A stretch of 57,914 nucleotides of DNA, the filler included, from Gonapodya sp. JEL0774 (taxonomy: Eukaryota): assembly GCA_027604505.1 (NCBI GenBank). It is 4 parts of 4 records of this genome, joined end to end, with 100 filler letters (N's around TTAATTAATTAA, not from the genome) between each part and the next. Parts side by side here need not be neighbours in the genome. Positions count along the whole stretch, not along the records: positions 43,619 to 57,914 come from JADIIX010000314.1; 3 more parts are not named here. One strand, given 5' to 3'. Position 1 is the first letter of the stretch. The number at the start of each line of letters is the position of its first letter. The notes beneath the pieces are model-generated. The model saw only the letters and a list, made by a program, of their open reading frames with translations, was not told the DNA's origin and ran no database searches. Position numbers and translations under genes: made by a program. Shown one piece after another: positions 47,853 through 57,914 of this stretch.

Positions 47853-50800
47853 TTACTCCACCACCACATACTGTGGGGCACCCTTGCGACTATTTCCTCT
47901 CACCAATGCCGACGGTGCCCTAGCCCTCGCACCACCTGATTGTACTACGGTTTCGCTGGAAGAGGTCCCAACCGCGTTGGGCCCTTGCACCACCCTCAGG
48001 ACCAAGCTCTCTAAATTGGCCCTGAGCCCTCCATCCTTGAAAACCACCCCATCGAACGCGTCACTGGTATCCGCGGTACGTTCATATGCCGTGCACGCCA
48101 CGATGGGGGTGAGTTGGTTGACGTTTTGGATGCTCTTGATCATGCGAGAGGCCGCATCACCTGACATAACGGGCATTCGTACATCCCTACACCGTCACGA
48201 GAGATCAATGAGAAGAATTCAATCGGAAACGGAGTGCTGAAAGTCCGCTTACATCAATATCAAATCGTACTTGATCTTGCCCATGCTAGCTCGAACTGCC
48301 TCTGCACCGTTTCGAACGACATCGCAGACGGCGTGGAAGCGGGCAAGGTGCCGTTCGATGATGGCTATTTGTTCAGTGGCATCAAATCAGGAGTTATTTG
48401 AGAGTCAACCACTCCATATACATGAACTAAACGAAAGTGTTATTCAAGCATAATCCTCACCAGCTGTGATCGGATTGTCGTCCGCTACCAACACTCTCAA
48501 CTGCGGAACTGCGTTGACTGTGTTTGGCAACATAGGAGACACCAAAATGGATTCCGACGCGGAACCTAGTAACGGCGATCTGGCACCGCCTGCGCTAAGG
48601 CTACTCCCAGCGGACGGAAAGCTAGTCGCAACCCTGAGCGGCGCCGCAGTGTCCACCGGACTAGCTGGAGAGTGATGTATTGATCGAAGTGTCATTCGCA
48701 GGGGCAGATCATCTGTGGAAGGCCGCTGCAACGGCGGACGGCCGCCGGTGTTTGAGAAGGACGAAGACCTATTGCGCTTCTCCACTATGGGGGTGGGTGG
48801 TGCGTCAACTGGCGGGGGTGTCTGGGACAGTGGGATAGCGGCTCCGTGAAGCGAAGATATGAAAAAGCTCTGCGGAGTTGACTTGTGGGCGTCCAGAGTA
48901 GAAACAGAGCCAGTTCTTGAATGTACCTTAAATAATAAAGGAATTCCAATCAACGAGGTCCAGCTTTTGTTGCTTGGTTCAAGTCATGGACCCACGCTGA
49001 AAACTCACCAAGCGCTCACCGATTGATCCGCCGATCGTCCTCGTCCTTTGGCGGCGTGGTCTGGGTGGAGTAGTGCCTGGCACTGAGTTGGACAATGATT
49101 CTGTTGGGATGGTGTCTACACTCGATTTTCGACTGAATACGTCCTCCTTCAGTCGTCTCAGCACGTCTTGGTTCTTGTTTTCCAAGAGCAAAACGTTCTT
49201 GAACGCAAAGGCACCAAAATCCGCCGACTCCCCTTCATCAGCCAGGCCCGCCAACGGGTCTACCTCCTTGCCCTTTCCTGTAGGCTTGCCCATTTTATCG
49301 GATTCGTCCCCTTCTGAGAGCTTTTTGTCCTTCGCTCCACGGTCATCAAAGTACGACACGTCTTCCGCTCCGCTGATCTTGGGAATGAAATTTGGCGCCT
49401 CCGAGAGCAGGGTTTCCCAATTGACGCCTTCAAACCAGGGATGTCGTTTAACCTCATCAGCACCGCCTGATCCGAGACGCTTTGAGGATTCGGAGCACAA
49501 TAGACGTTCAATGAAATCCTGAGCCTCTGGCGAGATTTCGTCTTCTGGAATAACAAGATTACGTGACAGAATGTTCTCAAATACTTGATCGGGAGTAGAT
49601 GAGTGGAAGGGAGGAAAGCCAAAGAGAAATTCGAATGTAATGACACCAAGGGCCCACTACAGAACCAGATGCGGTATCAACAGAGGTCATAATACGTGCC
49701 TCTCACCATTCATATTACTCACCCAATCAACACTTGCTTCTTGACTGAGACCAAGAATGGACTCTGGAGCGAGGTAGTCGGGAGTGCCGACAAATCGGCG
49801 AGGCTCCGAATTCAAAGACGCTGCTGCGTCCAATTCATTCATTCTGTCCACAGTAGCTGGACTCCCTCCTGCAGATGTTAAAAGTTTCGGGCTACCAGGC
49901 CCACCAACCTGCGACCCTGCAAGCGGGCTCCCCGTTAAATCAAAAGTCGAATTCGCAACGGAACTCGCAGATGAAATCGCGATGGAGCCCCGCCGGGAGT
50001 GGTTCCTCAAAGCTTGAACACTCCCGTAACCGTAGTCATTGACTCGGTTGAACTGCATCAAAGAGGGTTGCGTCGAAGATGTGGAGCTGCTGGCAAAAGA
50101 TTGTGTTGTCGATGCACTCGAAACGGGTTCTGTGATAGGTAGTGGTGAACCTCCCGGAGAGACGGCGGAGGGGGTTTTCCCGGTGCCGCTGCTAGAACCT
50201 TCGCCAGTCGCCTGGAATGAATCGAACAGGCGCCGTCGGCCAAGGAAACCGACTCTGCTTAGTCCAAAATCTGTGAGCTTGAGGTGACCACGCTCGTCTA
50301 TGAGGAGATTATCTGAGGGGATCCAAAACAAGTTATAGGAATCGGACATATCGAAGAAGCAATTCAGATACCACCGATACACTCACCAGGCTTCAAATCA
50401 CGATGAACGATTCCCCGAGCGTGAAGAAACTCCAGCCCTAGAACAACCTCAGCAATGTACTGTTTTGCCCAGGCGTCGTCGAGCGTCCCCATTGCCTTGA
50501 GAAGTGCGGCGCAATCTCCACCATTCAGGTACTCCATGACCAGATACAGGTTATCTTTGCTCTGGAACGAGTAGTAGAGTTTGACAACAAACGGCGAGTC
50601 TAACTGGGTCAGAATCAAGCGTTCGGCTTTGACGTTTGCAACTTGGTTCTTCTGCACCATGTCCTGCTTTTTTAGAACTTTGATCGCGTAATAGTCTCCT
50701 GTTGATTTCTTCTTTGCCAGAAACACTGAGCCGTAAGCCCCTTTGCTGATCGGCTTAACAACTTCGTAATCCTTGATTGTCGGTTGAGTTCGGGTCGCAG

Positions 50801-53800
50801 TGAGAGTAGGTGTAAATGGTACTGAGCTTGTTGTGATGCTGAGAGTCCGAGGGAATGAACCTGAAGCCATCGCCAAACTCCAAGTACGAACCCGTTCAAA
50901 CTGTGGCGAGTCTGCAATTTCAGGTTCATGGCCATGCCAACTAGGTTGATTCGAAGATTCGAGAGAGCCAGGATTTCGAATTTCCGCGGTACGCTCACGG
51001 CGAGCTCCACCAACATGCATGGGGACGCGGTGACTCTTCGAGCGTGAGAGGTGCGATTGAAAACCGGCGACAGGTTCAACACTGGGCATCGTATGATCCT
51101 TTCTCGGATCAACAAATACCTTCCCAGATTCCATGGGAGAGCGGTCTCTGTTTCGAAGGGGAAAGTTGGTATCTGAGTAGGAACGCGACAGGTTGTGCTG
51201 CAAAAGCATCTGACTCCGCTCGACGAAAGGTCCGACTCGAGAACGCAAATGAGACGATTGGTTCGGGCTTTCATCTGCCGATGAGACTATATCATTTAAT
51301 CGTGCTGTTGTCACTTGACTGAAGGTACTGCGCCCATGAGGATCTGTGGACTCTGCTCCAGATGACACGTCTCTCTCGCCATCACTCGGAAATAGACCTC
51401 GGCTGAATTCAGGCGCTCGCAATCCAAGTTCCTCGTCCGTCTTCTGTTCTGACTCGAGCTCATCGGCATCGGGTACCATACTCTCGTACTCCGAGTTATC
51501 AGATGGAGTACCAGATGCACTCGCACGATCAAACTGCTCATCTTCGTCCATGCCTGCGATGTTAACGAAGCCACTTCGAGTAAGCTCAGAGAAACGCAGA
51601 TGCCGCTCATACTCGAGGAGTACATCCTGCACCATTTGTTGGGCACCGCGAGCGCTCTCGATCAGACCAAGCTTATGGTGGATCTCATCATGAACGTCTT
51701 TAGAGAGAGATACCTGAAAATACGGTTATTTGGATATTAGTGCACAAGAATCAGGGTGGTCGTAAAGGTTCGCTTCACCTGTCCTGCCCCGATGCCTAAG
51801 GTCGCTTCGCGAACTATTCGTCGTTCAGCTGGACTTTCCAGACGGCCGTCGATAGCGGTGGAAGGCGGAACAGAGAGCTGTGAAAGAGAAGTAGACTCTG
51901 CGCCGGTAAAAGCTTCCAGAGATGAGGGTGGGAGAAAATCTGAATCGGGTGCCGGCTCCCACATTCGGACAAATTCGATCCGTTGAATGAATGATTTAGG
52001 TGGTTCAAATATCAAAGAAGGTCTAGGATGCAAAGTTGCCGCAGGATCTTCGTGATCGTGAATGATGAGTGTGGGGGGAGTGGACTAGTTGCCGAAGTGG
52101 AACGGAACGAAACTGCAGAGTGAACACTGTTAAATCTTGCACAAATCACAAATGCAGTCATACCTTTTCAGTAAGATTATGTGAATCTGTTGGACTTTGG
52201 GGAGGATTCTGAGATTGCATTTCACTATCCGCAAGTGACGGTGGTGGAAGTGAAATCGCCATTTCCAGTACCCGACACAAATCCGTGCAGTTTCCCTTCA
52301 ATTTTTCCAAATACATCACATAAGGATCCGACTCCACGCCCAAAATTGCTGGATGAGAGAGGTCTGCAGGCTTCGCCGGTGGCGCCACAAGTCTCGCATT
52401 TTGGTACAGTAGACGCTCATACTCCATCTCGTCCGTCAAAACCTTGATCATTTCCAAAGCTTTTGAATTGAATATTTTGAGGCGCTCGTTTGATAACGCG
52501 ATCTCGTTTTCAATGCGATGTAACTCGGAGCACCTTTCCGAATGCTTCTCGAACACGATCACTGGAATTTGGACCTCGCAAAGATGGCACAGGGTGGTTG
52601 CATCAAGTAAATCCTGCTCTAACGCATTCTCGGGCAATTCTCGACCGACATTCATGTCTGGATCTGTTGAATCAGTTACGTCTTCCGGCGAAGACACTTC
52701 ACCATGTCCCGCATCTCGCAACAGAGGAAGAGATGCAAAACGCCCAGGCTCAGCAGAACGGGATTCAAGGGGCGATTGAGCCACATTGCTTTCTGAGATA
52801 GTCGGTACCCCAATGTTGTTATCCGCTAATAAGCGATTGAGCGTGGAGCCAGTTGGAGATCGATGCGAGAAATCTGCGGCTGCGGAATTGGCAGAAGGCC
52901 GAGTTGCTCTCTTTTTCCGAATCCGGGGCCTTCCTCGAGTTTTGTCTACTTTTGACATTTTCTCGTCGTCTGCCTCAGCTTCATCGTAACCCTCATCGTC
53001 ATGCTCCTCGTGGTCGTTCACGGTCATGGCTTGTCGAAGTGGCGACTCGCCGCTTGGTACGATCGAGGGTCTTCGCGCGCTGCTCCCCAGGCCAGCCAGA
53101 AAAGTAGGGATAACCGGTGGATCTGACCGCCGGCGCTGTGCAACAGCACGCAGAGATTTCTCAGGCTTGAGGACCCAAACCACTGTTCTTTTACTCCCAA
53201 CGCTGACGTCTCCAGTCCCAATTCTGTCTTCCACGAGCATACCCTGACCTTTGATCAAAACGACGGTACGATCTTTTCTTGTGGCTTGAAACAGAATCTC
53301 CATACTCATCTGGTCTCCAGCGGTACCTAGCTTGTTCGTCGCGTTAACAAAAACAACGTATGCGTCACTTCGCATGAATGGTGGTCGCTGTTGTCCAACA
53401 ATGTCCTGACGATCAAATCCGAACAGATTTAGACATGTGTTGCTCACATATCTGCAAAGATTTTGCTTTTACGCTCAAAATCCACAGTAAAAGATAAATA
53501 CATGAAGACAAGTATACTCACATTATCTGATTCCCGTCGAGAGATACTTCCAAGAGCACAGTCATGTTAGAGTCTGCAGCCGCGATTGTCGAATCTTCAA
53601 AATCCGTCCCGGATTGGTCCCTTTCTCCGTCTACATATTCTGGTTGCGGACCAGCATCGCTGAACACTGACGTCCGACTTGATAGAGATTCGCGGCGTTT
53701 TGAGAGTTGATGAGATGATATCGCAGTGCGATGGGTGTCTGGAATACTACCACCGGAGCCAAGACGGCGATGCGAAATCGCTAAACGGGTAACTCCACTT

Positions 53801-56800
53801 TCGGAAACGCGATCCCCCTCAGAAGTGATAGAATTCGGTTTATGACGGTTCCGGTAACCCCCGCTTCCGTTAAATCGCTGCGCTTTACCGCTTTGCTCTT
53901 CCATTTCCTCGATCACGCGCGCGACTGCAGCAAATGCTCGCATCATTTTGGCCAGATACTCCCGACATGGCCACTTCGGATGAGCTGCCCACCTCCCTTG
54001 AAGCTGCACAAGTAAAAGGGCGATCTCTCGAGCCAACTGAGGTCGTAATCTGAGTGCAGCGGAATCCAGATCGATAATACTCTGTGCAGCGTGGATCAAG
54101 TCACTCAAGGCTTGTTTGAACCCTGACGGAAATCCATCTTCTTCGGGTGAAGTTCTATCACCGTTGGGGGATTGTGGCGCGGGCTGAGGTGGTCCCACCT
54201 CGATCGCTACCACAGCTGGAACGGCGACAGTTAGTTCTTGCCTTCCCCCCAAGACGGAAGATGGTGCGGATCCGGTCAGTGCAGCTGCGGATTTGACTCC
54301 TGTACTTCGTGCAACAGTCAATGGGTTGGTTGCCGGAAGCACCATTGTTCCGTGTGCGCTGAGTCCATCAGAGTCTGGTCGAGATAGCGCGGGTCGATGC
54401 ACGATATCTGAGAGAGACGAATTACCACCACTCCCAGCACTGGCCACAGATCCGCTGCTGAATCTTCGATGAAATGAGCCACCCCGACCTCGACTAGTTG
54501 ATCTAGTTTGTTGTTGTCCACTCATCCTTCTCAATACTGGAGCAGGGGATGTAGATGCACGACCAAGTGAAGGTCGCTTCCGGTGGACTCGCAACGGAGT
54601 ATCGGCTGTCGGTAGTGGCAGCTCCCTTGGCAGAAAGTGTGATTGTGAATGCGTAAGATCACTGAGAACAATGTTGTCTCCCTCTGCATCGGCACCAATA
54701 TTGAAACTCTGGCGATCCATCTCGAACCGTTGTGCAAGCTCGGCAACAATGTTTTCCACCTAAAATTGTCACAATCAATGATGGTTTACAACTCTAAATG
54801 ATGAAGCACGATGAGAGCATACCTCATTGTTACATCCATTTTTTGCTCGCATTAATTCTCCTTTCAGCTCCATGAACCCTTTGACGAGCTCAGACAGATC
54901 CCCATCGCTTAAGCTCCGCATCATTCCCGGACCACCAATTCCTTCGGTTGCTGAAGAACCTTCTTCGTCTCCAGACACCTTGACATCTGCATTTTGATTG
55001 ACTGGTCTCCCGGCATGAACCCTTTCCTGATGTGACGTTGGTCCATCGCTCCGAGATACAGAATATGACGAACCATCGTCGCGATTGCGATGAGTTGGTG
55101 TGAAATTTAAGGCAGTTGTTATTGCAGGAGAGCTAGACCGATTTGTCTTTACAGAAAGCACAGATGTGGCGTCGTCCTCCAGTCGAAACACCGGGCTAGG
55201 AGAGCGGATGTCGCGTATGTTCGCTAGAAGACTATCAGAATACAAAGACCGCCCATCAGCCCCTGTAGAAGATGGTGACTGTTGGCGAGAGGCTCGACGT
55301 CGAAGCAGATGTGCGCCAGCCGTTGCTGATAGCAATGGCGAATCCGTTACACTAAATCCATCTGCGGGTCTTTCCTGTTCTGCGACAGAGGCCACATAGA
55401 TTGAATTGGGGGGATGATCGAATTCTGAAATTATCTCAGGCGGACCACCAAGGGAACTGACCACTTGTGGTTGATCTCGAGGTGGCTCATCCACGAACGC
55501 ATTTGGAGTACCTCGATTTAACGATTTTGATGTTCTCAAGGTTTTAACCAAACGATCGACATCATGCCACACAAGCACCCAGTTTCGTCGACTGGGTCCC
55601 CGGTATTTGAAGTTCTTGATCCGCCGAGAGGCATCGATAAAGGACGACCAAGCCTGAGCAGGTTTCGACACCAAACATTAAATGAACGAATAGGATCTAC
55701 AACGCTTGGTCGATACTCACTGCGAACTGTGGGGACTTTCCGCGCTCTGCCTCATCCTTTGGTACGCTACCTCGGCTATTAAAGCTGCTGGTTGTCTCGT
55801 CACGCGCTCTACTCCGGTTTTNNNNNNNNNNNNNNNNNNNNNNNNNNNNNNNNNNNNNNNNNNNNNNNNNNNNNNNNNNNNNNNNNNNNNNNNNNNNNNN
55901 NNNNNNNNNNNNNNNNNNNGGCAAACTTGACAGCAAATGTTCGCCAACAGGAGAAGCTGAATATGGTACATCTTTTGCAAAACCGAGATCGGGACAGCTG
56001 GTAGATCCAATAAGTAGCTCTAATGGGTAATTCGGTCTTGGGTCCCCGGGAAGAGTGGGCTCACGTCCCATGAGATTTCCCTGATCTTCAAAATCTCTCT
56101 CTCTGTCAACATCTGTTGGATAATCGGCATCTGTCGCTGCGAACAGAAGAGCAAACGCGTCCAACTCGGGGAGACCACGATTCTCGGCCTCAGGAGTGGC
56201 ACTAGTCATGGTTAAGGGATCGTACCCATCTGATTGGCCAGAGTATGCGCGATGCCTCGGGGACGCTGTAGGAAATGGGTCGTATCCATCTGAGCGCCCA
56301 GAATGCATCCTCGTTCTGGAACCTGACATGCCTTGTCTATCGGAAAGCTGAGATCCTCCATTATCAAATGGCGCTGATAACAGTGAGTCGGAGACAGTTC
56401 CACCAGTTCCTAAACTGTACCGTGGAATTGAACTCGATGCACTTTTTCTATGACGTTGATGATGAGCAGATACAAAGGGAGGGGGCGGCAGGGCCGGCAA
56501 AATGGTGGGAGTCGTAGAGTGCGGATGAGGTAGCGAAGCTGGTCTGTGGCCGGTCATCGATATGAGAGGAGCAGAAGGCGACGGCGAAGATGCCAGTCGT
56601 GTCACTGTAGAGGCATCTCGACCACCATGAGCCATTGGAGTCGGACCGGTGAGATCACTTGGAGTTGGCAGAGGAACAGCAAGGGGATGAGGAGGCAGAG
56701 TTGAAGTGGGACGAATGCGCGGGGAAGAGGAAGATGATCGAGAAACTGAGGGGCTCTGTGACGATACGAGGATCCCGGTCATTATTGTATACCATTTTGT

Positions 56801-57914
56801 GGAACCGTGCCGACTCTCCTGAGAGTTTCAAATCAACTCACCAATTGGTCAAAACGTTCGCTCGGTAAAGCCGTAATCGCCGCGATTGGAATTGCAGATC
56901 CGGTGCTTTTGTGGAATCTCTTCGTACCTGGATGAGAGCTCGGAGGTGGGGGAGTCACCTCCCTCGATCGAGATGGCGCAACATCAGACAATACAGATGA
57001 TTCAGAATCATAACCGCCATTGCCTCCATCTGTCGAAAATATGGTGGGTGGCACTATTTGGGGAGTTTTTACGTTGTTATGGGCATGATGGAGTCGCGGA
57101 GGTGGTGAAGGGGAATGTCGGGAACTAGGTGGTGTCGATGACACTGTGACAGCTGACGGGAGAAGGTGGGCGCGGAAGTACCCTCCTTCCGACGTTGACG
57201 CCGGAGTGCAGTCCGATCCTGCAGATTGTCCGCCAGAAGCTTCCGAGGAGGTCAAAGGTGAAGCGGTGAATGATTGGCTGGAAGAAGTCTGGTTTGGCGA
57301 TGAATTGTGATCGAAAGAGGTTGCGAACATTATTGGAGAGGACCAAGATGCGAATAGTGATGAGCTACTGTGTTGCAGTTGGGAGTTTGGAGACACAATC
57401 CCGACATCCGAGCCAGCTCCTCCCACGGTAGATTGATAGTCGAGGGGATCTGATCCCACATTGTTTCGAGATACCTTGGGCAGCATTGGCAGAGGCAATG
57501 GCTGGGGAATCGGAACCGATCGTGCAATTGCGATGGGTGACTCATTGGGTGAGGTGGCGGGAGATGGATCGTAAGCAGAATTTGAGCGAGGTTCTGTTTG
57601 TAGCAGGCGCGGATGTGGAGGTATGGAGTCTGCAGTGCTGGACAGACGAATAGGCGAAGTGGCTAGACTGCGGTACTCGAAATCGCCAACTTCCGGAGTA
57701 CGGGGTGACGAATCCAAGGACCGACGGTGAGATAGTTCAAGTGGGGTGCGAGGCGAAGTCCCAATTTCACTTGATGCTCGAGAAGGGGTGCTATCGATGG
57801 AGGAGCGTCCAGGTTGTTCTCGCAAGCCACCTCCCACACCTTCTCCCGAAGGTGCGCGAGATGGTCGTCGGATTTGGGAGCTTTGGCCAGCAGAGAGCGC
57901 TCGATTATGATGGA
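47853..57914 (-). CDS. RIM15: Rim15/Cek1 (Greatwall-type) AGC Ser/Thr kinase with helical N-domain, PAS, C2HC finger, split kinase domain, AGC C-tail and receiver domain; 5' end beyond the window
   Basis: IKDYEVVKPISKGAYGSVFLAKK, HRDLKP/DNLLID, LTDFGLSRVG followed by a long insert then FVGTPDYLAPE. PAS LLEVSLDGNQIM/YVSNTCLNLFG. C2HC CHLCEVQIPVIVFEKHSERC. Receiver LRVLVADDNP...DLILM/DVRMP...PIVACTA. The 3' end may extend via a further exon. Confidence 0.95.

Noticed and set aside
55822..55919. N run as a break in, or pseudogenisation of, RIM15
   Set aside because: It is an ordinary intra-scaffold gap in the low-complexity N-terminal region, and all catalytic motifs downstream are intact.

Overview
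Intron-rich eukaryotic DNA from a flagellated (zoosporic) early-diverging fungus. This is inferred from fungal-type ICL1, Rim15 and Hrt3 together with the ciliary gene ODAD4/TTC25. The window is not one contiguous locus. Three identical 100-nt spacers (44N-TTAATTAATTAA-44N) split it into four pieces of 14529, 14423, 14366 and 14296 bp, consistent with size-sorted scaffolds joined end to end. Piece 1 (1-14529) is accessory-like: a ~342-bp tandem array of an exon/intron module grading from degenerate to identical copies, a very divergent Puf6/PUM3-like gene, and orphan gene fragments. Piece 2 (14630-29052) is dense housekeeping: HRT3/FBXO9, a BBOX1/AIM17-like dioxygenase head-to-head with isocitrate lyase, LENG1, VTA1, ATP5/OSCP, FMT1, and a CpG-decayed relic at its end. 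Piece 3 (29153-43518) is GC-rich: the 3' part of a PflX-type radical SAM gene, a short ODAD4, a PAM2-CUE-CCCH-Smr nuclease, an atypical SDR, a PB1 plus membrane-hairpin plus WG-tail protein, a double-module IF1-like ATPase inhibitor, an orphan F-box gene and an F-box/ankyrin pseudogene. Piece 4 (43619-57914) holds a long coiled-coil protein and a large Rim15/Greatwall-type kinase whose receiver domain keeps its phospho-acceptor Asp. The best novelty candidates are the PB1-membrane protein, the tandem IF1, the canonical receiver in Rim15 and the exon-module array. Exon boundaries were read by eye and are approximate.
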